The translations under genes were made by a program, and so were the position numbers. DNA of 64,000 nucleotides from Somniosus microcephalus (Eukaryota), in contig CM126217.1 of the NCBI GenBank assembly GCA_052327205.1, forward strand, positions 39,742,001-39,806,000, in the 5' to 3' direction. The notes below the pieces were generated by a model. The model did no database searches. It was not told the origin of the DNA and worked only from the letters and a program-made list of their open reading frames with translations. This document shows positions 12,653 to 23,119 of the stretch, piece after piece. Each line of letters begins with the position of its first letter. Position 1 is the first letter of the stretch.

Positions 12653-13872
12653 CTAGCTGGGGGTGCCGAGGCTTTTTTGAGGGCATGTTGTTGGAAGAGA
12701 GAAAGAGCGCGATGGGGGGGGGGTGGAAGAGAGAGCGACTGGGGGGGAAGAGAGAGAGAGAGCCTGGGGGGAAGAGAGCGAGAGACTGAGGGGAAGAGAG
12801 CGAGCGATTGGGGGGAGAGAGAGAGACGGGGAAGAGAGAGCGTGCGCGAGTGAGAGACGGGGGGAGAGAGAGCGAGCGAGAGACTGGGGGGGAAGAGAGA
12901 GACAGCGGGGAAGAGAGCAACAAGGGGGAGGAGAGGGAAGGAGAGAGAGACTGGGAGTGTGTTGAGAGAGAGAGGGAAGGGGAAGGAGAAGGGGAAGGAG
13001 GGCGATTGGGGGGAGAAGAGAGAGACGGAGTGTGAGTGAGAGAGAGAGAGACTGGGAGTGAGGGAGTGGGAGTGTGTGAGGGAGAGTGTGAGAGAGAGAT
13101 TGGGAGTGAGAGAGAGACTGGGCCGCCGCGGCTGCTCACCTGGTGGCTTTGGGTCGGGCTCTGGGGTGGGGCTGTTGACGCCGCGGGGAAGTTTTGTGCG
13201 CGGCGGCTCCCGGCACGGCCCGCAACTCAAGGCTCAGGCTTCCCAGGCTGCTAGGCCGCGCCCGGCGCCGGCACAGCCATTCGAAATGGCCGTCAAAGTA
13301 GGCGAGCCTCTGGGCGAAGGGCAGGGGTCACTTCATTTCCTACTGTTGCTAAATACAATTTAAAACTCAAATAAATTGTTATTTTCCTTAGTTCCCTAAC
13401 ACACAGAAAGTGTGGGGGAAAAAAATCATGATGAATCAAGATGGCAGCCACTCACCTCGGTTCAGAATGATAAGGCCCCGCCCACACACGGTTGGTCGAC
13501 CGTCAGGTCACTGAACTGTAGGATTGGTCAATCGTCAAGTCACTCAACACTCAACTGTAGGATGGCCCGCCTGCACGCGTAATGAACCCGTCCCCGTGAC
13601 GCAGCGATTAGTCAACCATCGGTCAACTGTCAGGTCGCTCGACCGTATGATTGGTCAACCTTCACGTCACTCAATGCTAATGAGCGGAACTTTTCCCATT
13701 TAATGAGCGGAATTTTGAAAGTTTTTGGGATACCGTGGGCACGATTTTTGTCTGACGGAAAAGTAAATACGCCTATGACCGGTCCGTAATCGTAAGCTTT
13801 CTTTTGATGTGACGCGCGTGTAGGTACGCTCTATAACTTTTGAACGTATAGAGAACGGACAGACAGACCGAT
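12653..13872 (-). mobile_element. Non-autonomous Helitron with internal GA tract and CpG-rich cargo
   Basis: 3' end CTAG|T on the minus strand at 12653. 13480-13870 is homologous to the 5' part of the complete Helitron at 39503-40122. The terminal TC end is not seen. Confidence 0.72.
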
Positions 13873-13974
13873 TGCCAAGGCTTTTTTGTAAAACAGCAGT
13901 TTACAGTCGGCCGCTGCCGCTCTGTGTCTCGGGCCGAGCGGTTGTGAGGCCCGGCCCGAGTGACCCCAACTCTG

Positions 13975-16900
13975 AGGGGGAGAGAGAGAGTAGAGAGAAT
14001 GGGGAGAGAGACTGAGGGGGAGAGAGAGAGAAAAATGGGGGAAGGGAGAGAGAGAGACTGCGCGAGACTGAGGGGCGAGAGAGAAAAATGGGGGAAGGGA
14101 GAGAGAGAGACTGCGCGAGACTGAGGGGCGAGAGAGAGAGAAAAATGGGGGAAGGGAGAGAGAGAGACTGCGCGGCGAGAGAGAAAAATGGGGGAAGGGA
14201 GAGAGAGAGACTGCGCGAGACTGAGGGGCGAGAGAGACAGGGAGAGAGAGAGACTGGGGAGAGAGAGAGGCTGGGGAGAGAGAGACTGGGGGAGAGAGAG
14301 CGACTGAGGGGTGAGAGAGAGTAGAGAGACGGGGGAGAGAGAGACTGGGGGGGAGAGAGATGGGGAGAAAGAGAGAGACTGGGGGGGAGAGAGAGAGACT
14401 GGGGGGGGAGAGAGAGAGAGAGAGACTGGGGGGGGAGAGCGAGAGAGACGGGGGGGGGGAAGAGAGAGAGACGGGGGGAGGAGAGAGAGAGAGACTGGGG
14501 GGGAGAGAGTGGGGGGGAGAGAGAGGGGGGGAGAGAGAGTGGGGGGGAGAGAGAGACGGGGGGGGAGAGAGAGACGGGGGAGAGAGAGAGACGGGGGGGG
14601 AGAGAGAGAGAGCGACTGAGGGGTGAGAGAGAGTAGAGAGAGACTGGGGAGGAGAGAGATGGGGAGAAAGAGAGAGACTTGGGGGAGAGGGAGAGAGAGA
14701 GACTGGGGGGGGGGAGAGCGAGAGAGACTGGGGGGGAGAGAGACGGGGGGGGAGAGAGAGACTGGGGGGGGAGAGAGAGAGAGAGACGGGGGGGGGAAGA
14801 GAGAGAGACGGGGGGGAGGAGAGAGAGAGACTGGGGGAAAGNNNNNNNNNNNNNNNNNNNNNNNNNNNNNNNNNNNNNNNNNNNNNNNNNNNNNNNNNNN
14901 NNNNNNNNNNNNNNNNNNNNNNNNNNNNNNNNNNNNNNNNNNNNNNNNNNNNNNNNNNNNNNNNNNNNNNNNNNNNNNNNNNNNNNNNNNNNNNNNNNNN
15001 NNNNNNNNNNNNNNNNNNNNNNNNNNNNNNNNNNNNNNNNNNNNNNNNNNNNNNNNNNNNNNNNNNNNNNNNNNNNNNNNNNNNNNNNNNNNNNNNNNNN
15101 NNNNNNNNNNNNNNNNNNNNNNNNNNNNNNNNNNNNNNNNNNNNNNNNNNNNNNNNNNNNNNNNNNNNNNNNNNNNNNNNNNNNNNNNNNNNNNNNNNNN
15201 NNNNNNNNNNNNNNNNNNNNNNNNNNNNNNNNNNNNNNNNNNNNNNNNNNNNNNNNNNNNNNNNNNNNNNNNNNNNNNNNNNNNNNNNNNNNNNNNNNNN
15301 NNNNNNNNNNTAACTAGTGGTGTTCCGCAGGGGTCAGTGCTGGGTCCCCAACTCTTTACAATCTATATTAACGATTTGGAGGAGGGGACCAAGTGTAACA
15401 TATCAAAGTTTGCAGATGATACAAAGATGGGACGGAAAGTAATGAGTGAGGAGGACATAAAAAACCTGCAAAGGGACATAGACAGGCTAAGTAAGTGGGC
15501 AGAGATTTGGCAGATGGAATACAATACTGGAAAGTGTGAAGTTATGCACTTTGGCAGGAAAAATCATAGAGCAAGTTATTATCTTAATGGCAAGAAACTG
15601 GAAAGTACTGTAGTACAAAGGGATCTGGGGGTCCTGGTGCACGAAACTCAAAAAGTTAGTATGCAGGTGCAGCAAGTGATCAAGAAGGCCAATGGAATGT
15701 TGGCTTTTATTGCTAGGGGGTTGGAATATAAAAACAGGGAGGTATTGCTGCAGTTGTACAAGGTATTGGTGAGGCCGCACCTGGAATACTGCATACAGTT
15801 TTGGTGTCCATACTTAAGAAAAGACATACTTGCTCTCGAGTCAGTACAAAGAAGGTTCACTCGGTTAATCCCGGGGATGAGGGGGTGGTCATATGAGGAG
15901 AGGTTGAGTAGATTGGGACTCTACTCATTGGAGTTCAGAAGAATGAGAGGCGATCTTATTGAAACATATAAGATTGTGAAGGGGCTTGATCGGGTGGATG
16001 CGGTGAGGATGTTCCCAATGATGGGTGAAACTAGAACTAGGGGGCATAATCTTAAAATAAGGGGCTGCTCATTCAAAACTGAGATGAGGAGAAACTTCTT
16101 CACTCAGAGGGTGGTAGGTTTGTGGAATTTGCTGCCCCAGAAAGCTGTGGAAGCTATATCATTAAATAAATTTAAAACAGAAATAGATAGTTTCCTAGAA
16201 GTAAAGGGAATAAAGGGTTACGGGGAGCGGGCAGGAAATTGGACATGAGTCTGGGTTCGGAATGGTCATGGCCCTGTGGGTAGTGGAGCGGGCCCAGGGG
16301 CCGTGTAGCCTTGTTCTGCTCCTACTGTGTTCTAATTCTGTTAGATTTCAGGAGATGGTTTTATTCCTGTTCCTGGCTGGGGTGGAGATCGCCTTTACAG
16401 AAGGGAAGTACTGTAGAAAATATAGGGACAGAGTGATCTCCTGGAAGAATTTCGATCGCCCAGATGGGTCGGAGAGGAATTTCCCAGATTTTTTTCTCCC
16501 AAATTGGCCATTGGGTCTTTATCTGGTTTTTCGCCTCTCCCGGGAGATCACATGGGTTCGGGTGGATGCAGAGTGATAGAAGATTTGAGGTTAGGATCAG
16601 ATCAGCCATGATCTTATTGAATGGTGGAGCAGGCTCGAGGGGCCGATTGGCCTACTCCTGCTCCTATTTCTTATGTTCTTAAGAGAGAGAGGGGAGGGAA
16701 GGAGAGGGAGGGAAGGAAGGAGAGAGGGAAGGGGAGAGGAGAAGGAGGGAGGGAGGGAAGAGAGAGAGGGAAAGGGAGGGAAAGAGAGAGAGGGAAGGAA
16801 AGGGGGAAGGAGAGAGAGAGGGAGGGAAGGGAAGGAGAGAGGAGAGAGAGAGAGGGAGGGAAGGAGGGAGGGAAAGATGGAGGGGAAAGAGANNNNNNNN

Positions 16901-19900
16901 NNNNNNNNNNNNNNNNNNNNNNNNNNNNNNNNNNNNNNNNNNNNNNNNNNNNNNNNNNNNNNNNNNNNNNNNNNNNNNNNNNNNNNNNNNNNNNNNNNNN
17001 NNNNNNNNNNNNNNNNNNNNNNNNNNNNNGGAGGGAAGGAGAGAGAGAAGGGGGAAGGGCAGAGAGAGGGAAGGAGAGAGAGAGGGAGGGAAGGGAGGAG
17101 AGAGAGAGGNNNNNNNNNNNNNNNNNNNNNNNNNNNNNNNNNNNNNNNNNNNNNNNNNNNNNNNNNNNNNNNNNNNNNNNNNNNNNNNNNNNNNNNNNNN
17201 NNNNNNNNNNNNNNNNNNNNNNNNNNNNNNNNNNNNNNNNNNNNNNNNNNNNNNNNNNNNNNNNNNNNNNNNNNNNNNNNNNNNNNNNNNNNNNNNNNNN
17301 NNNNNNNNNNNNNNNNNNNNNNNNNNNNNNNNNNNNNGAGGGAGAAGAAAGGAAGGAGAGAGAGAGGGAGAGGAGGGAAGGGGGGAAGGATAGGAGAGAG
17401 GGAAGGAGGGAAGAGAGAGAGAGAGGGNNNNNNNNNNNNNNNNNNNNNNNNNNNNNNNNNNNNNNNNNNNNNNNNNNNNNNNNNNNNNNNNNNNNNNNNN
17501 NNNNNNNNNNNNNNNNNNNNNNNNNNNNNNNNNNNNNNNNNNNNNNNNNNNNNNNNNNNNGNNNNNNNNNNNNNNNNNNNNNNNNNNNNNNNNNNNNNNN
17601 NNNNNNNNNNNNNNNNNNNNNNNNNNNNNNNNNNNNNNNNNNNNNNNNNNNNNNNNNNNNNNNNNNNNNNNNNNNNNNNNNNNNNNNNNNNNNNNNNNNN
17701 NNNNNNNNNNNNNAGAAGGGGAAGGAAAGGAGAGAGACGGGGAAGGGGAGGGAGAGAGCGGGAGGGAAGAGGGAGAGAGGGGAGAGAGAGAGGGAGGGAA
17801 GGAGGGAGGGAAAAGAGANNNNNNNNNNNNNNNNNNNNNNNNNNNNNNNNNNNNNNNNNNNNNNNNNNNNNNNNNNNNNNNNNNNNNNNNNNNNNNNNNN
17901 NNNNNNNNNNNNNNNNNNNNNNNNNNNNNNNNNNNNNNNNNNNNNNNNNNNNNNNNNNNNNNNNNNNNNNNNNNNNNNNNNNNNNNNNNNNNNNNNNNNN
18001 NNNNNNNNNNNNNNNGAGAGAGGGAGAGGAGGGANNNNNNNNNNNNNNNNNNNNNNNNNNNNNNNNNNNNNNNNNNNNNNNNNNNNNNNNNNNNNNNNNN
18101 NNNNNNNNNNNNNNNNNNNNNNNNNNNNNNNNNNNNNNNNNNNNNNNNNNNNNNNNNNNNNNNNNNNNNNNNNNNNNNNNNNNNNNNNNNNNNNNNNNNN
18201 NNNNNNNNNNNNNNNNNNNNNNNNAGGAGAGATAGAGGGAGGGAAGGAGAGAGAGAGAGGGGGGAAGGAGAGAGGGAAGAGGAGAGAGAGAGAGGGAAGC
18301 AAGGAGAGAGGAGGGAGAGAGAGGGAGGGAGGGAGAGGGCAGGAGAGAGGGAGGGAAGGAGAGAGAGAAGGGGAGGGAGGGAGGGAGAGGGAAGGGAGGG
18401 AAGAAGAGGGAGAGAGGAGGGAGAAGGGGAGGGAAGGAGAGAGAGAGAGGGGAGGGAGAGAAGGAAGGAGAGACAGAGGGGGAAGGAGAGAGAGAAGGAA
18501 GGAAAAGGGGAGGGAGAGAGAGAAGGAGAGAGGGAAGGAGAGAGAGGGAGGGAAGGAAGGGGAAGGAGAGAGGGAGAAGGAAGGAGAGGGGGAAGTGGAG
18601 GGAGAGAGAGATGGAGGGGAGGAGAAAGAGAGAGGGAGGGAAGACAGAGGGGGAAGGAGAGAGGGAAAGGAGAGAGAGAGGGAGGGAAGCAAGGGGAGAG
18701 GNNNNNNNNNNNNNNNNNNNNNNNNNNNNNNNNNNNNNNNNNNNNNNNNNNNNNNNNNNNNNNNNNNNNNNNNNNNNNNNNNNNNNNNNNNNNNNNNNNN
18801 NNNNNNNNNNNNNNNNNNNNNNNNNNNNNNNNNGGAAGGGAAGAGGAGAGAGAGAGGGAGGGAAGGGGAGGAGAGAGAGGGAAGGAGAGATGGAAGGAAG
18901 GAAGGAGAGAGAGAGGGGGAGGGAAGGGGAAGGAGAGAGAGAAGGGAGAGAGAGAAGGACAGAGAGAGAGGGAGGGAAGCAAGNNNNNNNNNNNNNNNNN
19001 NNNNNNNNNNNNNNNNNNNNNNNNNNNNNNNNNNNNNNNNNNNNNNNNNNNNNNNNNNNNNNNNNNNNNNNNNNNNNNNNNNNNNNNNNNNNNNNNNNNN
19101 NNNNNNNNNNNNNNNNNNNNNNNNNNNNNNNNNNNNNNNNNNNNNNNNNNNNNNNNNNNNNNNNNNNNNNNNNNNNNNNNNNNNNNNNNNNNNNNNNNNG
19201 AGAGGGAGAGGGAAGAGAGAGAGGGGGAAGGGGAGAGAAGGAGAGGGGGAGGGAAGGGGACGAGAGAGGGAAGGGGAAGGAGAGAGGGGAGGGAGAGAGG
19301 GAAGGAAGGGGAGAGAGGGAGGGAAGGGAGGGAGAGAGAGAGGGAGGGAAGGAAAAGGGGAGGGAGAGAGAGAAGGAAGGAGAGACAGAGGGGGAAGGAG
19401 AAAGAGAGGAGAGAGAAGGAAGGAGAGGATAGGAAAGAGGGGGAAGGAGGGAGAAGGGGAAGGAGACGGGGAGGGAGAGAGAGGGGGAAGGGGAGGGAAG
19501 GGGAGAGAGAGAGGGAAGGAGAGATAGAGGGAGGGAGAGGGAAGGAGAGAAGGAGGGAGAGAGAANNNNNNNNNNNNNNNNNNNNNNNNNNNNNNNNNNN
19601 NNNNNNNNNNNNNNNNNNNNNNNNNNNNNNNNNNNNNNNNNNNNNNNNNNNNNNNNNNNNNNNNNNNNNNNNNNNNNNNNNNNNNNNNNNNNNNNNNNNN
19701 NNNNNNNNNNNNNNNNNNNNNNNNNNNNNNNNNNNNNNNNNNNNNNNNNNNNNNNNNNNNNNNNNNNNNNNNNNNNNNNNNNNNNNNNNNNNNNNNNNNN
19801 NNNNNNNNNNNNNNNNNNNNNNNNNNNNNNNNNNNNNNNNNNNNNNNNNNNNNNNNNNNNGGAGGGGGAAGGGGAGGGAGAGGGAAGGCAGAGAAGGAGA

Positions 19901-21877
19901 GAGGGAGGGAATGAGAGAGNNNNNNNNNNNNNNNNNNNNNNNNNNNNNNNNNNNNNNNNNNNNNNNNNNNNNNNNNNNNNNNNNNNNNNNNNNNNNNNNN
20001 NNNNNNNNNNNNNNNNNNNNNNNNNNNNNNNNNNNNNNNNNNNNNNNNNNNNNNNNNNNNNNNNNNNNNNNNNNNNNNNNNNNNNNNNNNNNNNNNNNNN
20101 NNNNNNNNNNNNNNNNNNNNNNNNNNNNNNNNNNNNNNNNNNNNNNNNNNNNNNNNNNNNNNNNNNNNNNNNNNNNNNNNNNNNNNNNNNNNNNNNNNNN
20201 NNNNNNNNNNNNNNNNNNNNNNNNNNNNNNNNNNNNNNNNNNNNNNNNNNNNNNNNNNNNNNNNNNNNNNNNNNNNNNNNNNNNNNNNNNNNNNGAAGAG
20301 GAGAGAGAGGGAGGGGGAGGGGAGAGAGAGAGAGAGGGAAGGAGAGATGGAAGGAGGGAGAGAGGGAGGGAGAGGGAAGAGAGAGAGNNNNNNNNNNNNN
20401 NNNNNNNNNNNNNNNNNNNNNNNNNNNNNNNNNNNNNNNNNNNNNNNNNNNNNNNNNNNNNNNNNNNNNNNNNNNNNNNNNNNNNNNNNNNNNNNNNNNN
20501 NNNNNNNNNNNNNNNNNNNNNNNNNNNNNNNNNNNNNNNNNNNNNNNNNNNNNNNNNNNNNNNNNNNNNNNNNNNNNNNNNNNNNNNNNNNNNNNNNNNN
20601 NNNNNNNNNNNNNNNNNNNNNNNNNNNNNNNNNNNNNNNNNNNNNNNNNNNNNNNNNNNNNNNNNNNNNNNNNNNNNNNNNNNNNNNNNNNNNNNNNNNN
20701 NNNNNNNNNNNNNNNNNNNNNNNNNNNNNNNNNNNNNNNNNNNNNNNNNNGATGGAAGGAGGGAGAGAGGGAAGGAGAGAGAGAGAGGGAGGAGAGAGAG
20801 GGGGAAGGGGAGAGAAGGAGAGGGGGAGGGAAGGGGACGAGAGAGGGAGGGAAGGAGGAGAGAGAGAGAGAGGGAAGGGAGGAGAGAGAGAGGGAAGGGA
20901 GGGGAGAGAGGGAGGGAAGGGANNNNNNNNNNNNNNNNNNNNNNNNNNNNNNNNNNNNNNNNNNNNNNNNNNNNNNNNNNNNNNNNNNNNNNNNNNNNNN
21001 NNNNNNNNNNNNNNNNNNNNNNNNNNNNNNNNNNNNNNNNNNNNNNNNNNNNNNNNNNNNNNNNAGGAGAGAGGGAGGGAAGGGAAGGCAGAGAAGGAGA
21101 GNNNNNNNNNNNNNNNNNNNNNNNNNNNNNNNNNNNNNNNNNNNNNNNNNNNNNNNNNNNNNNNNNNNNNNNNNNNNNNNNNNNNNNNNNNNNNNNNNNN
21201 NNNNNNNNNNNNNNNNNNNNNNNNNNNNNNNNNNNNNNNNNNNNNNNNNNNNNNNNNNNNNNNNNNNNNNNNNNNNNNNNNNNNNNNNNNNNNNNNNNNN
21301 NNNNNNNNNNNNNNNNNNNNNNNNNNNNNNNNNNNNNNNNNNNNNNNNNNNNGAGAGAAGGNNNNNNNNNNNNNNNNNNNNNNNNNNNNNNNNNNNNNNN
21401 NNNNNNNNNNNNNNNNNNNNNNNNNNNNNNNNNNNNNNNNNNNNNNNNNNNNNNNNNNNNNNNNNNNNNNNNNNNNNNNNNNNNNNNNNNNNNNNNNNNN
21501 NNNNNNNNNNNNNNNNNNNNNNNNNNNNNNNNNNNNNNNNNNNNNNNNNNNNNNNNNNNNNNNNNNNNNNNNNNNNNNNNNNNNNNNNNNNNNNNNNNNN
21601 NNNNNNNNNNNNNNNNNNNNNNNNNNNNNNNNNNNNNNNNNNNNNNNNNNNNNNNNNNNNNNNNNNNNNNNNNNNNNNNNNNNNNNNNNNNNNNNNNNNN
21701 NNNNNNNNAAGGGGAGGGAGAGAGGGGGAGGAGGGAGAGAGGGGGAGGGAGGGAGGGAGGGAGGGAGGGAGAAGGGGAAGGAGGGAAGGAAAGGAGAGAG
21801 GAGAAGAGAGAGAGACTGGGAGTGTGTGAGAGATTGGAGTGTGAGAGAGAGATTGGGAGTGTGAGAGAGAGAGAGAG
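13975..21877. repeat. Long polypurine (GA/GGA-rich) low-complexity tract with many N runs, interrupted by a CR1
   Basis: Called bases are almost all G/A on the + strand. Units such as GAGAGAGACTGGGGG. All long ORFs here are artefacts. Confidence 0.95.
15312..16683 (+). mobile_element. Young CR1 LINE 3' part (RT to tail) with a composite 3'UTR
   Basis: Open frame [12 protein letters not shown]...KFADD...RPHLEY...TRGH to the stop at 16248. Tail ends TTATGTTCTT. Same family as 63294-64000. Confidence 0.92.
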
Positions 21878-22187
21878 CCTGGAGAAAGCAGACACGCTGA
21901 AGATGGGCTGCTGAATTTTCTTAAGGTTTTTATCTTTTAAGTGTAGAAAAAGCTACTTCTAAAAGCTAAAGTTAACTTTAGTCAAAGAGAGAATGTGAGA
22001 GAGTTCAGTTTAGTTTAGTTTAGTTTAGTTTAAGTTAAGTTAAATTTAGATTAAGTACTAGAGCGCCAAAGGAAAAAAAAAACCCGGAAAAAAGAAAAAA
22101 AAAAGAAAAAGCCAGCGAGATAAACCCGGATTAGCGAGGCACCGAAACAGAGCCCGAGCAGCAGCACGGAGCCTGAACCGCGAGAAC

Positions 22188-22630
22188 GGAGACCGGGAGG
22201 AGCGGCCCGAACCGGGACAACAAGTAAGAGGCCTGGGGAGGGCGAACCCGAGAACGCGAGGCCCAGAGACCGCGGGATCGGAGATCGGGAGGAGCGGCCC
22301 GAACCGGGACAGCAAGTAAGAGGCCTGGGGAGGGCGAACGTGAGACCCAGAGACCGCGGGATCGGAGACCGGGAGGAGTGGCCCGAACCGGGACAGCAAG
22401 TAAGAGGCCTGGGGAGGGCGAACGCGAGGCCCAGAGACCGCGGGATCGGAGACCGGGAGGAGCGGCCCGAACCGGGAAAGCGAGTAAGAGACCTGGGGAG
22501 GGTGAACCCGAGACCACGAGGTCGGAGAACGGGAGGAGCGGCCCGAACCAGGACAGTGAATAAGAGGCCTGGGGAGGGTGAACCCGAGACCACGAGGCCC
22601 AGAGACAGCGGGATCGGAGACCGGGAGACC
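22188..22630 (+). repeat. About five CpG-rich monomers (~76-92 bp) in the LINE 5'UTR
   Basis: Unit GGAGACCGGGAGGAGCGGCCCGAACCGGGACAGCAAGTAAGAGGCCTGGGGAGGGCGAAC... recurs at ~22188, 22279, 22364, 22448 and 22524. Confidence 0.9.
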
Positions 22631-23119
22631 AGGGCAGAAAACAGCCTGGTGAGTCAAAAAACCCGGGGGCCTGAGACCGACACGACGACGCGAGGAGAGC
22701 CGCCCGGAGAGCAAACGAGTCCGAGGAACGGAGAGTGGACGATTTTGGAGCAAGGAGAGAGAGAGCGAGTCCGAGGCCCGGAGAGCGAGAGAGTTGGAAG
22801 AGGAAAACACCGGAGAAAAAAGTTTTACATAATTCTACCTAAGTTTCATTTTATTCAAATTTAGTTCGAAAAAAAGAAAAAACCTGAAAAAAGAACAAAC
22901 CCGCGAGAAAAAGGAATAGAAACCCGAGAGAATAGATAAACTACCCAAACCAAGAGCCTGTGAAAGAAAGAGAAAGAGAAACTTTTAAGAGCAACTATAT
23001 CAAAGATGAACCCCTGAAAAACTTTCAATTTTGGACCTAAAAGTGGGATAAAGTGGAACGCGAAAAAAAAAAATATAAGAAAAAAAGTTATATATCTGAG
23101 ACAAGAACAAACGACTACA

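Noticed and set aside
12619-21914. Very long ORFs (up to 1738 aa) rich in R/E/G or S/L/P
   Set aside because: Translations of GA/CT low-complexity DNA and N runs that lack stop codons. Not genes.
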